Below are positions 17,426 to 27,528 of a stretch of 64,000 bases of DNA, piece after piece. The stretch's first letter is position 1; every line of letters starts with the position of its first letter. This DNA is from Sphingobacteriales bacterium. Its GTDB lineage: Bacteria > Bacteroidota > Bacteroidia > Chitinophagales > Chitinophagaceae. Position numbers and translations under genes: made by a program. Under the pieces are notes generated by a model. It worked only from the letters and a program-made list of their open reading frames with translations. It made no database searches and was not told the DNA's origin. The stretch covers positions 11,017 through 75,016 of the forward strand of contig JAHEBJ010000007.1 in the NCBI GenBank assembly GCA_024642285.1, written 5' to 3'.

Positions 17426-19363
17426 TTATTTCAACAACGACTGAAAAACCGATTCATTTATTTTAACCGGATATTTTTTCTTCAGTTCAGCAATCCAGTT
17501 ATCTTCAAGTACTATTTGGTGATCGTTAATAACCAATCCCCGGGCTTCTTCAAAGCTACGCTGTAATCCGGCATCGTATTTTCGAACAATTTTCAGAAAG
17601 CTTGTATTATCATCAATAGTACTTGTAGTTACCTGCGAAATAAACCCAACAGGTGTGCCTGCATCAATTACAACCGGTAGCTGCGATAGCTCAAACCTTC
17701 CGGAATCGGCAATTATATTATTATTGGAGGCTCTCATTATTTCTTTCCAGTCTGCCCCATTCTTTAACGCAGCCCTGGCTTCCTCCGCAACTGTTTTATT
17801 AGTACAGTTAAACAACAGGATATCGGCACTGGCTGCCCACAGGTATTTATTTTTATTCTCTGTATAATGTTTTTGTAATCCCTCAGTGTCATTGGCAGCC
17901 CTTCCCCATATATTCCTTTCCATTATCTCAAACAAAACATTTCCGTCTTTAAATTCTTCCATCTGGTATCTGAAATCAGGATTAAAATCTTCGAGGTGAG
18001 TTTTATAATAATCAACAATCGAATTATTAATAAACTTGCTGAGCAACTCTTCGCTATTTTCTCCCTGGTACAATTCGCCGTTTCCTTTATAACTGCGGAT
18101 GAAATCGAGCCAGTCTTTTCCGGTAAGTTTTGATTTTGCAAATGTGCAGATTGTTTTATTACTGACAGGAAAGACTGTTGTATTTGATGTTTCAGAATTC
18201 AGATTAGATAAGGCGCTGTCGGCATACCTGAAGAGGTCTGCATCACGAACTGAATTATTTTTTTTATAACTAACCTGGCTGAGCACGTCTTTAACAAAAA
18301 GATCTCTTGCCGTGTTGATCCTGGAGTCCTGCTGCACTTTTTGTTTGAGGTCAAACTGAATTCCGGGGTCGTTCCTGTCGATAATTACAGGCGTGTGCGT
18401 CAGTAATTTTAGAATATGATATCCAAAGCTGGTTAAAAAGGGTTCACTTATCTCTCCATTTTTGGAAAGCTTGAAAGCTTCATTTTCAAAATCCATTTCA
18501 TACTTACCTGTACCAAATTCGGGCAGTTCACCATTATTACCATAGGTAACTTTATCGTCGCTAACCAGCCTGGCGGTCTTTCCAAAATCATCACCCTTCA
18601 TTAATAGGTTGTAAACTGAATCGGCTTTCTTTTTAAAAACAAGTTTGTCGGCCTCTGTTGCATCAGGAGGGACAGAAATCAAAATCTGAGCAATTTTCCA
18701 TTTGCCTACTGCCTTACGTTCGCCAATAAGTTTAAACAAGTGCCATCCATTTTTTGTGCGGTATGGTTTACTGGTTTGCCCGTTTTTTAGATCGTAAATA
18801 AGGGTCTCGTATTCATAAGGAAGCGTAAAGGCTGTAATAAATCCAAGATCAGAATTCCTGCAAGGTATCGGCTCTGCAGCAACCAGCTGGGCATAATCTG
18901 TTCTGCCTGCGGTTAATGAATTATATAAAGCCGACGCTGATTTGAAAGCTTTTATTGTATCCTGCGGTTGCATATTTGCATCCATGGGAACAAAGAAGTG
19001 CAGCACATGCAGATCTTTCTGGCTACGCATAAAAGCCTCATCCAATAAGCCATTGAGGGCTTTTTCGTTATTGAGGTAACTGTCTGCGATTTGCGCCCTG
19101 AAACTTTGTGCATCATACAAAAGCTGCGGAAGGGTATCAAGTTTCTGATCAAGTCCGGCCCTTACTTTCAGTTTGAATTTTACGTAAAGGTCCAGATATT
19201 CACGTAATGCTTTCTCTTTATCAGCTACAGGAGTTTTGTTTTTATTGTAGGCCCTTATAAACTCATTCTTATCTACAGCATTGCTGCCATAGGTAAACAG
19301 TGTTTGTGCAATTCCGCTGCAGGCAAATGCCGCAAAAGCGAAAACTAAAAATATTTTTTTCAT
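17426..19363 (-). CDS. Periplasmic parvulin-type peptidyl-prolyl isomerase (two rotamase domains)
   Basis: Signal peptide; SDLGFITAFT, KPYRTKNGWHLFK, GELPEFGTG, PFLTSFGYHILK. Confidence 0.85.
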   Translation of the reverse strand: MKKIFLVFAFAAFACSGIAQTLFTYGSNAVDKNEFIRAYNKNKTPVADKEKALREYLDLYVKFKLKVRAGLDQKLDTLPQLLYDAQSFRAQIADSYLNNEKALNGLLDEAFMRSQKDLHVLHFFVPMDANMQPQDTIKAFKSASALYNSLTAGRTDYAQLVAAEPIPCRNSDLGFITAFTLPYEYETLIYDLKNGQTSKPYRTKNGWHLFKLIGERKAVGKWKIAQILISVPPDATEADKLVFKKKADSVYNLLMKGDDFGKTARLVSDDKVTYGNNGELPEFGTGKYEMDFENEAFKLSKNGEISEPFLTSFGYHILKLLTHTPVIIDRNDPGIQFDLKQKVQQDSRINTARDLFVKDVLSQVSYKKNNSVRDADLFRYADSALSNLNSETSNTTVFPVSNKTICTFAKSKLTGKDWLDFIRSYKGNGELYQGENSEELLSKFINNSIVDYYKTHLEDFNPDFRYQMEEFKDGNVLFEIMERNIWGRAANDTEGLQKHYTENKNKYLWAASADILLFNCTNKTVAEEARAALKNGADWKEIMRASNNNIIADSGRFELSQLPVVIDAGTPVGFISQVTTSTIDDNTSFLKIVRKYDAGLQRSFEEARGLVINDHQIVLEDNWIAELKKKYPVKINESVFQSLLK

Positions 19364-19375
19364 CAGCCTGTTAGT

Positions 19376-20821
19376 TTATTTAGATTGAGTTGAACTCCAT
19401 TTTATATTCAGCAAATCATTCAACTGCAGCAGTGTAAGTTTCTTTCCAATAATACGCTTCTCTTTATCCAGCAGATAAACTGTTGGGGTAGATGTGATAT
19501 CATATAACTGCCGAAAACTGGGTTTTTGCGCAGCATAATCTGCTTCTTCCATCTCCTTGGTTTTGTACACATGTGTCCATTCTCCAAGCCCCTTTTCTTT
19601 GATAAAGGAAACCCAGTCTTCATGAACATTTTTATTTTTTTCGGGCGTAAGCACTGCAAATATTTTTACGTTATGGTTCTTCCAGCTTGCCCTGTAAATT
19701 GAATCCAGCCTCGGAATTTCTTCCTTACAATGACCGCAATGCGGATCCCAGAAACAGATAACGGTATAATCAGCATTTAGATTGTACAAACTGGTTGGCT
19801 TATCATCATAGGTAAGCATATCCAGGTTGGCAGCAGTTTCACCAATCAAGTTTGACATCAGCATATAGGCCCTGCGGCTGATAGCTTCCATTTGTTTTTC
19901 ATTGAGCCAGCTGCTTACTCCCTTGCTGTGGTATTTTTCAAAAAGGTGAACAAACACGGCATCCTGTCCCATATATTTTGGATTGATATATTCGTCGGTT
20001 ACCCAATTCAGCATATATTTGAACATTTCGGGTGCCGAGCGGGCCAGTAATAATTTATAGTCGATATCCTGAATGATTGAATCCGGATCTGGCGACATCA
20101 CTTCATGGTAATACCTTTCCAGTTTTTTAACAAAGAACGGAGTTCGGATGATACGGTCGTCCATAAAACTGATTCCGTCCCAATAATGTTTCCTGTACTG
20201 ATAATAATTATTAAGCGAGTCTTCTCTAGTAATTGGAGTAGTTGAAGGGTAAACAGGTTCTTTCATAGCGCTTAGCAAAGCAGCCATCATCGACTTTGGT
20301 TGATTGGTAATAATATTTTCACGATAAGCGTTAAGCTCGTTATTGTAGGTTGTGTAATTATTCTCATGCAGTAAAGAATCTTCGGCGGTAACCGATGCGT
20401 TGTAAGCCATTCTTTCCTGTTGAATCAGTTTTCCTTTTGCAGCAGCAAATTTCATGTACTGCATATACAGGTTGTTTTCGGGTGACCCGGTCACCACTGT
20501 TTTATTCATCAGGTCGGAGGTGTCGGCAGTTACAGAAATAATCTGTTCCTTATCTATTAAAAACTCAACCCTGGTTTTTTTATCTGGAAAAAAAATAGAA
20601 TAAATGCCTGGGACCAGTTTTTTATCGCCTTTAAAAACAGCGACTCCGCTATTGCTGATAGCAGCCGAATCGGCAATGTTGAAATTACTGCCCATGTAAT
20701 AGGTGAGATAGGTGATGCCGTTTACATATCCTGGCGCATTCAGGGTAACCTGATATCCCTGTGAAAATGCAGAAGTGGAGATTAAGGCAGCAAAAATAAA
20801 TACTGTGTATTTTTTCATCAT
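19376..20821 (-). CDS. Exported TlpA/thioredoxin-domain protein (DUF5106-like)
   Basis: Signal peptide, helical middle region, C-terminal FWDPHCGHC redox motif and YDITSTPTVYLLD. Confidence 0.8.
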   Translation of the reverse strand: MMKKYTVFIFAALISTSAFSQGYQVTLNAPGYVNGITYLTYYMGSNFNIADSAAISNSGVAVFKGDKKLVPGIYSIFFPDKKTRVEFLIDKEQIISVTADTSDLMNKTVVTGSPENNLYMQYMKFAAAKGKLIQQERMAYNASVTAEDSLLHENNYTTYNNELNAYRENIITNQPKSMMAALLSAMKEPVYPSTTPITREDSLNNYYQYRKHYWDGISFMDDRIIRTPFFVKKLERYYHEVMSPDPDSIIQDIDYKLLLARSAPEMFKYMLNWVTDEYINPKYMGQDAVFVHLFEKYHSKGVSSWLNEKQMEAISRRAYMLMSNLIGETAANLDMLTYDDKPTSLYNLNADYTVICFWDPHCGHCKEEIPRLDSIYRASWKNHNVKIFAVLTPEKNKNVHEDWVSFIKEKGLGEWTHVYKTKEMEEADYAAQKPSFRQLYDITSTPTVYLLDKEKRIIGKKLTLLQLNDLLNIKWSSTQSK

Positions 20822-20946
20822 CGTTTAAGGATAGCAAATGTATTTAAATTCGTTGGTTTATATGCATTTGAGGCTTATGCGCCGGTATAACAATTACATA
20901 TCGTTAACAAAACAGTTTTGAAGATTATTACGGTATTTTTGCAGCC

Positions 20947-22350
20947 GTGGGTAAAAAAAACAGAAAAATTGTACTGGAAGACCTCCTGATCACAGGCTAT
21001 GCTGCCGAAGGCAAATCGCTGGCTAAACATGAGGGCAAAGTTATTTTTATATCAGGAGCTGTGCCTGGCGATGTTGCAGATGTGATGCTGGTTAAAAATA
21101 AAAAGGACTGGGCCGAAGGCAGGGTATTAAAAATAAAAGAACAGTCGAAAGAAAGAGTAGCGCCGTTTTGTAAACATTTTGGTGTTTGCGGCGGTTGTAA
21201 GTGGCAAATGCTGCCTTATACAAAACAGCTGGAATACAAACAGCAGGAAGCAGAACAAAATCTCAGGCGGATCGGAAAAATTGAATCAGCAGAAATAATG
21301 CCTATTGTTGGCAGCGACGAAACCATTCATTACAGAAACAAACTGGAATTTACCTTCAGCAATAAAAGGTATTTACTGGCTGAAGAAATAGCGACAGAAA
21401 ATCCCATACAGGAAGGAGCCCTTGGTTTTCACGTTCCCCGTATTTTTGATAAAGTAATCGACATTGACGAATGTTATTTAATGGATGATGTAAATAACAA
21501 GATCAGGAATACCATTCGCTCATTCGCTAAAGAAAACAATTTTTCGTTTTACGATATCAGGGAACACAGCGGCTGGCTGCGTAATATTATTGTACGACTT
21601 TGCAGCTCCGGCGAATTAATGGTGAACATTTGTTTAAACCATGATGAGGAAGCAGACAGAAAAAAATTGTTTGATCATTTATTAAAAGAAGCTCCCGAAA
21701 TAACAACATTGTTGTACACCATAAACCCAAAATGGAACGACAGTATTTATGATCTTACACCACAGGTTTATTTTGGGAAAGGTTATGTTATCGAAAAGCT
21801 GGAAGAGTTTGAATTTAAAGTCTCACCTAAATCGTTTTTTCAGACCAATACCAGGCAAGCAGAAAAGTTATACGGTATAACCAGAGATTTTGCAGCGCTT
21901 ACCGGAAACGAAATAGTGTATGACCTTTATTGCGGAACCGGCAGCATTGGCATTTTTGTAAGCAAACAGGCAAAAAAAATTATTGGAGTTGAAGTGATTG
22001 AGGAAGCAATTGACGATGCCAAAGAAAATGCAGCATTAAATAATATTGGCCACGCCGAATTTTTTGCAGGCGATGTTATCAAGATTTGCAACGATGAGTT
22101 TTTTGTGCTTCATGGGCGGCCCGATGTGATTATTACCGATCCTCCACGTGCCGGTATGCATGAGAAATTAGTGAACAAGTTGCTTGAAATAGCGGCACCC
22201 AAAATCGTATATGTAAGCTGTAACACCGCAACACAGGCAAGGGATCTGGCGTTGCTCAGCGAAAAATATACCGTTGAAAAAATACAGCCGGTTGACATGT
22301 TTCCACACACCCACCATATTGAATGTGTGGTGTTGCTTAAACTGAAGTAA
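20947..22350 (+). CDS. rlmD: 23S rRNA (uracil-1939-C5) methyltransferase
   Basis: TRAM domain, CKHFGVCGGC Fe-S motif, SFFQTN, DLYCGTG, DPPRAG, YVSCN, DMFPHTHHIE; GTG start. Confidence 0.92.
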   Translation: MGKKNRKIVLEDLLITGYAAEGKSLAKHEGKVIFISGAVPGDVADVMLVKNKKDWAEGRVLKIKEQSKERVAPFCKHFGVCGGCKWQMLPYTKQLEYKQQEAEQNLRRIGKIESAEIMPIVGSDETIHYRNKLEFTFSNKRYLLAEEIATENPIQEGALGFHVPRIFDKVIDIDECYLMDDVNNKIRNTIRSFAKENNFSFYDIREHSGWLRNIIVRLCSSGELMVNICLNHDEEADRKKLFDHLLKEAPEITTLLYTINPKWNDSIYDLTPQVYFGKGYVIEKLEEFEFKVSPKSFFQTNTRQAEKLYGITRDFAALTGNEIVYDLYCGTGSIGIFVSKQAKKIIGVEVIEEAIDDAKENAALNNIGHAEFFAGDVIKICNDEFFVLHGRPDVIITDPPRAGMHEKLVNKLLEIAAPKIVYVSCNTATQARDLALLSEKYTVEKIQPVDMFPHTHHIECVVLLKLK

Positions 22351-22373
22351 TCCTAAACAACTAAATTTGCAAA

Positions 22374-22988
22374 ATGGCTTTTAATAACTACGGAAACAGG
22401 TTTCAGCGCACTACACCGGTAGTGTTGAATTTGATCATCATTAATGCATTGGTATATTTGGTGCAGTTTTTATTTGACGGACCCGAGGAAAAGATAAGCA
22501 GGATTATTGCTTTGTTTCCATACAAATCGTCTGCTTTTGAGCCCTACCAGGTAGTTACTCACATGTTTGCTCATGGAGGCTTTTTCCATTTGTTCTTCAA
22601 CATGTTTGTATTGTGGATGTTTGGCTCTTTGTTGGAAAAGGCCTGGGGCCCAAAACGCTTTTTGATTTTTTATTTTGTATGCGGTGTTGCAGCCGGTGTT
22701 GCTCATTTAGCTTTAGAGAATGTACCCGCTGTTGGTGCATCAGGAGCAATTATGGGTTTATTTGCAGCTTATGCATACCTTTTTCCAAATACCAAATTGA
22801 TAATTTTTCCAATACCTGTTCCGGTAAAAGCAAAATATGCCATAGCACTGATGGCTGCCTACGATTTATTTGGCGGTGTATATCCGGCAGGTGATAATAT
22901 TGCTCACTTTGCCCACCTTGGTGGATTGGTAATGGGATTAATCATGGTTTTCTATTGGAACAAAACAGATAAACAAACTTTCTATTAA
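22374..22988 (+). CDS. Rhomboid intramembrane serine protease (catalytic dyad intact)
   Basis: HLFFNM, VGASGA (Ser), AHFAHLGG (His), multiple TM segments. Confidence 0.9.
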   Translation: MAFNNYGNRFQRTTPVVLNLIIINALVYLVQFLFDGPEEKISRIIALFPYKSSAFEPYQVVTHMFAHGGFFHLFFNMFVLWMFGSLLEKAWGPKRFLIFYFVCGVAAGVAHLALENVPAVGASGAIMGLFAAYAYLFPNTKLIIFPIPVPVKAKYAIALMAAYDLFGGVYPAGDNIAHFAHLGGLVMGLIMVFYWNKTDKQTFY

Positions 22989-23044
22989 CACTAACATTTC
23001 TGTTATTTTTTTGGTTTGTACTTTTGTAAACTACGTAATAAAGC

Positions 23045-23977
23045 ATGGGAGAAGCAGACAGGTATATTGATTATAAAATAAAAAGGCAACGCTTTACTTT
23101 GGGCCAGCCCGATAATGCATTGGTGTGGCTGTTTGTTTTCAATGCCGTTTTCTTTTTAACCCTGCTCATCATTAAAACGGCAATATCGGTTAACGATCAC
23201 TCCGACACTGCTTTTTTTTCGAAAGTGTTGCCATGGTTTCAATTGCCCGCCGGGATAAGCAGGTTATGGGAAAGGCCCTGGACATTGATCACTTACATGT
23301 TCAGCGACGTGGAAGTTTTTAGAACGCTCAGTAATATGCTTTGGTTATGGGCATTCGGTTCTATTCTGCAAAACTTTACAGGAAACAAGAAACTTATTCC
23401 TGTTTATTTATATGGAGGCTTTGCCGGTGCTTTATTTTTCGTGGCAGCCACTTATTCTATTCCTTCCGATAAAGTAAATATCGCTTCGGCCAGTTTACTG
23501 GGTGCCAATGCTGCAGTAATGGCCGTTGCTGTTGCTGCTACATTAATCGCACCAACATATCGTTTTTTCAGGCACATCAGAAACGGCATACCCATTTGGG
23601 TACTTACCATAATATATGTGCTTGTTGACCTTGCTGGTGTTGCCGACAAACCAACGGCATTTCCCATTGCACATATCGGCGGTGCGGCTGCGGGTTTTTT
23701 GTTTGTGAAATTGCTGGAGAATAAAATTGATGCCAGTATCTGGATGAATAATTTATACCATTGGTTTATCAACCTTTTTAATCCAACAAAAGGCAAAAAG
23801 TACAAACCCATAAAAGAGAAAGTTTTTTATAATACCGGTAACCGGCAGCCCTTTAACAAAACGTCTAATGTAACTGAGCAGCGGGTTGACGAGATCCTCG
23901 ACAAGATCAACCAAAAAGGTTACGATCATCTTACCAAAGAAGAAAAAGAAATATTAAAAAGAGCCAGCGAAGAATAA
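23045..23977 (+). CDS. Rhomboid-family protein with C-terminal soluble domain; catalytic Ser replaced by Asn
   Basis: ERPWTLITYMF, SNMLWLW, LLGANAA, AHIGG, C-terminal VDEILDKINQKGYDHLTKEEKEIL. Confidence 0.85.
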   Translation: MGEADRYIDYKIKRQRFTLGQPDNALVWLFVFNAVFFLTLLIIKTAISVNDHSDTAFFSKVLPWFQLPAGISRLWERPWTLITYMFSDVEVFRTLSNMLWLWAFGSILQNFTGNKKLIPVYLYGGFAGALFFVAATYSIPSDKVNIASASLLGANAAVMAVAVAATLIAPTYRFFRHIRNGIPIWVLTIIYVLVDLAGVADKPTAFPIAHIGGAAAGFLFVKLLENKIDASIWMNNLYHWFINLFNPTKGKKYKPIKEKVFYNTGNRQPFNKTSNVTEQRVDEILDKINQKGYDHLTKEEKEILKRASEE

Positions 23978-24027
23978 CGCTTGTTTCTTTCACATAGTTT
24001 TAGGGAGCTTAGCAGTACCTTTATGCC

Positions 24028-25161
24028 ATGCCCAAAAATATTCTCCGCAGACTGACAAAGCGCTTTTTTGTTATCGTAAATATTATTGCGGCGCTATTAT
24101 TTTTATTGGGCAGCTATGGTTATCTGTTTGATCCAAAATATTTATGGCCCATTGGGTTGCTCACACTCTCTGCTTTTTATTTTTTATTGATACTAATTGC
24201 CTTTATTTTTTTCTGGCTGTTTATGATCAAGCCCCGCCTTATCATTATTTCCCTGGTGGCTATTTTGCTGGCCTATGGCCCTGTCAACAATATTTTACCG
24301 CTGCGGCTATCGCATAGCTTTAATAATGCAAAACCGGAGAACACAGTGAGGGTAATGACCTGGAACGTAGCCCAGTTCAATGTTATGGACGATGAGGCTC
24401 ACCCTTCTGTAAAAAAGCAAATGATTGATGTGATCAACGAGTATCAACCAGATGTTGCCTGTTTTCAGGAAATGGTGGCCGAAGACAGCACGGTAACAGA
24501 CCACGGTCATGTAGATGATTTTTTAGAGAAATTGCATTTCAAAAATTATTTTTATTCTTACAACAGCAAAGAAGATTTTTGGGGATACGCTCATTTTGGC
24601 TTGATTATTTTTTCTAAATACCCTATCATTAACAAGCAAACTATAAGCTGGTATCCGCACGATTACAACTCAATATTTCAATTTGTAGATATCCTGAAAG
24701 GAAACGATACCATACGGGTTTTTAATATTCACCTGCAATCTTTAAGACTTAGCCGCTCCAATTTAAAGTACATTGATAAACCTTCGGTTGAAGATGAGAG
24801 TGCTATTAAGGAGTCGAAGAATATAATCGGGAAATTCAGAACCGGCTTTTTGAAAAGGAAACAACAGGCCGACCGCATAAGGGCAGAGATTGAAAAAAGT
24901 CCATACGCTGTTATTATTGGCGGCGATTTTAATGATGTGCCCAACAGCTATGCTTACCATACCATTGGCAAAGGACACAAAAATGCGTTTGTAAAAAAAG
25001 GCGGCGGACTCGGGCGTACCTTCAGCGGTATATCTCCTGTGTTAAGGATTGATAATATTTTTGCCGATAAGAAAATGAATGTGCTGCAGTTCCTTACCAT
25101 CAAAAAAAAGCTGAGCGATCACTTTCCTATCGTCGCTGATGTAGAGATGGATAAAAAGTAA
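24028..25161 (+). CDS. Membrane-anchored endonuclease/exonuclease/phosphatase (EEP) family protein
   Basis: Three N-terminal TMs; VMTWNV, CFQE, IFSKYPI, NIHLQS, GGDFND, RIDNIF, SDHFPI. Confidence 0.9.
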   Translation: MPKNILRRLTKRFFVIVNIIAALLFLLGSYGYLFDPKYLWPIGLLTLSAFYFLLILIAFIFFWLFMIKPRLIIISLVAILLAYGPVNNILPLRLSHSFNNAKPENTVRVMTWNVAQFNVMDDEAHPSVKKQMIDVINEYQPDVACFQEMVAEDSTVTDHGHVDDFLEKLHFKNYFYSYNSKEDFWGYAHFGLIIFSKYPIINKQTISWYPHDYNSIFQFVDILKGNDTIRVFNIHLQSLRLSRSNLKYIDKPSVEDESAIKESKNIIGKFRTGFLKRKQQADRIRAEIEKSPYAVIIGGDFNDVPNSYAYHTIGKGHKNAFVKKGGGLGRTFSGISPVLRIDNIFADKKMNVLQFLTIKKKLSDHFPIVADVEMDKK

Positions 25162-25347
25162 TACCTTAGCAATCTGCATGAAAATATTCGCTACATATCA
25201 ATTTTTCTGTTGCCCTTGCGGCATAGCTTAATATCTTTACAAAAATTTACTTTAGTATTACAGGCTGAATAAGGGAACGCAGGTACAAGAGTGCGACGCC
25301 ACCGAAGCCAAACAGAATTCCCGTTGCCAGAGACAAAATAACCGAAC

Positions 25348-26835
25348 ATGAGTTTGAAAATATATAACACACTTACCAGAGAGAAAGAAATCTTTACGCC
25401 ACTTACACCCGATCATGTGGGTATGTATGTGTGTGGTCCAACGGTGTACAGCGATGTGCACCTGGGCAACTGCCGCACATTTATTTCTTTTGATATTATT
25501 TACCGCTACCTTGTTTACCTGGGTTATAAAGTTCGCTATGTACGCAACATAACCGATGCCGGCCACCTGGAAGGCGATCGTGATGAAGGCGATGACAAAT
25601 TCAGTAAACTGGCAAGGCTGCAAAAAGTTGAACCCATGGAGATCGTTCAGAAATATACGCTGGGCTTTCGGCATGTGATGCAGTTACTCAACAACCTGCC
25701 GCCATCAATTGAACCAACAGCCACAGGCCATATTGCCGAGCAGATAGAAATTGCAAAGCAGATCATCGATAATGGCTATGCTTATGAGATAAACGGTACT
25801 GTGTATTTTGATGTGGAAAAATATAATAAAGAACAGCCCTACGGTATTTTAACCAACCGTAAAATGGAAGACCTTTTGGAAGGAACAAGGGAATTGGGCG
25901 GACAGGATGAAAAACGTGGCCGGTTGGATTTTGCCCTTTGGATAAAAGCCAAGCCCGAACATCTGATGCAATGGCCAAGTCCGTGGGGAATGGGTTTTCC
26001 CGGCTGGCATATAGAATGCTCGGCCATGAGTGAAAAATATTTAGGAAAGAAATTTGACATACATGGTGGAGGAATGGACCTTGCTGCCACCCATCATACC
26101 AATGAAATTGCACAGAGCCAAGCTTGCTACCATACCAGTCCGGCTAATGTATGGATGCATACCAATATGCTTACCGTTAACGGAACCCGCATGAGCAAGT
26201 CGTTGGGCAATGGATTTCTGCCCGACGAATTATTTACCGGCGATCATCCGCTTTTAGAGAAAGCCTATGCGCCAATGGTGGTGCGGTTCTTTATGTTGCA
26301 AACGCATTATCGCAGCACACTTGATTTCAGTAATGAAGCTTTGCAGGCATCGGAAAAAGGATTTAAAAGATTATGGGATGCTTATGAAGTGTTGAAGCAG
26401 TTGGCAGTTGGCGATGTGCAGTCGGCAATGGATGCGGAGCTGGATGCCAAAGTAAATAAGCTTATCAGCGAGTTTGATGAGTTTATGAATGATGATTTCA
26501 ATACGGCAAAAGTTTTGGGCAGCATGTTTGAGTTGGTTCCGGTAATTAATTCGATAAAAGACGGGCTGATACATATTGATTCCATTTCATCAGCAACATT
26601 AGTTTTATTGCAGCAGAAATTTAAAGCTTATCTGGAAGATATTTTTGGATTAAAGAATGATGTGGCCAATAACGAACTGCTGAGCGGCGTAATGGACCTT
26701 TTAATCGACATAAGAAAAGAGGCAAAAGCAAAAAGAGATTTTGCAACCAGCGATAAGATACGCAACCAGCTTACCGAAATTGGAATTAGTTTGAAAGATG
26801 AGAAAGGCGGAGAGATGAGTTGGGGGCTGGAGTAA
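25348..26835 (+). CDS. cysS: Cysteine--tRNA ligase
   Basis: MYVCGPTVY, HLGN, DFALW, PGWHIECSAM, DIHGGGMDL, RMSKSLGN. Confidence 0.97.
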   Translation: MSLKIYNTLTREKEIFTPLTPDHVGMYVCGPTVYSDVHLGNCRTFISFDIIYRYLVYLGYKVRYVRNITDAGHLEGDRDEGDDKFSKLARLQKVEPMEIVQKYTLGFRHVMQLLNNLPPSIEPTATGHIAEQIEIAKQIIDNGYAYEINGTVYFDVEKYNKEQPYGILTNRKMEDLLEGTRELGGQDEKRGRLDFALWIKAKPEHLMQWPSPWGMGFPGWHIECSAMSEKYLGKKFDIHGGGMDLAATHHTNEIAQSQACYHTSPANVWMHTNMLTVNGTRMSKSLGNGFLPDELFTGDHPLLEKAYAPMVVRFFMLQTHYRSTLDFSNEALQASEKGFKRLWDAYEVLKQLAVGDVQSAMDAELDAKVNKLISEFDEFMNDDFNTAKVLGSMFELVPVINSIKDGLIHIDSISSATLVLLQQKFKAYLEDIFGLKNDVANNELLSGVMDLLIDIRKEAKAKRDFATSDKIRNQLTEIGISLKDEKGGEMSWGLE

Positions 26836-26843
26836 TTTTCTTA

Positions 26844-26911
26844 AACCACTAAGACACGAAGGCACTAAGAACCACGAAGCTTTCTTTGTGAAACTTCGTG
26901 TCTTTGTGGTT
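26844..26911. repeat. Interspersed palindrome built from CACNAAG / CTTNGTG heptamers
   Basis: AACCACTAAGACACGAAG (26844-61) pairs 17/18 with CTTCGTGTCTTTGTGGTT (26894-911); four direct units then three inverted units. Confidence 0.8.
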
Positions 26912-26919
26912 AATTTTTT

Positions 26920-27528
26920 ATGGAACACATAATACATCTATCGAAAGACAAAAAGTTCAAAAAGATCCTTGAACTGCAGGATCCATTTGTATTAACCAAA
27001 AGAAAAAATGTGTACCTGCATTTGTGCAACTCCATCATGAGCCAACAGCTAAGCACAAAAGTTGCTGATGTTTTTCATCGACGCTTTCTGGCTTTATATA
27101 AAACCAATAAACCATCCGCTGCGGAAATTGCGGGAACACCTTTTGAAATATTGAGAGGAATTGGTCTGAGCAACGCCAAAGCAAACTATGTACTTAACGT
27201 TTCTAATTTTTTTATTGAAGAAAAGACCACCGATTCTTTACTTTATAAAATGAGCAACCAAGAAGTGATCGAATATCTTACCCAAATAAAAGGTGTTGGA
27301 CAGTGGACGGCAGAAATGATACTGATGTTTACCTTAGGAAGAGAGGATGTTTTTGCGGTAGACGACCTGGGCATTCAGCAGGCCATGTGCAAATTGTATA
27401 AAATAGATGCATCTGATAAAAAAACAATGAAAGAAGAAATGCTTTCGGTTTCAAAAAAATGGAGTCCTTACAGAACCTATGCCTGCCGGTATTTGTGGGG
27501 ATGGAAGGACAATGAACCTAAATCTTAA
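26920..27528 (+). CDS. alkA: DNA-3-methyladenine glycosylase II (AlkA/HhH-GPD family)
   Basis: IMSQQLS, GLSNAK, HhH IKGVGQWTAEMILMF, DVFAVDDLG, WSPYRT. Confidence 0.85.
   Translation: MEHIIHLSKDKKFKKILELQDPFVLTKRKNVYLHLCNSIMSQQLSTKVADVFHRRFLALYKTNKPSAAEIAGTPFEILRGIGLSNAKANYVLNVSNFFIEEKTTDSLLYKMSNQEVIEYLTQIKGVGQWTAEMILMFTLGREDVFAVDDLGIQQAMCKLYKIDASDKKTMKEEMLSVSKKWSPYRTYACRYLWGWKDNEPKS

Noticed and set aside
25261-25335. T-box or known riboswitch upstream of cysS
   Set aside because: No T-box antiterminator bulge and no TPP, SAM, cobalamin or fluoride consensus recognisable
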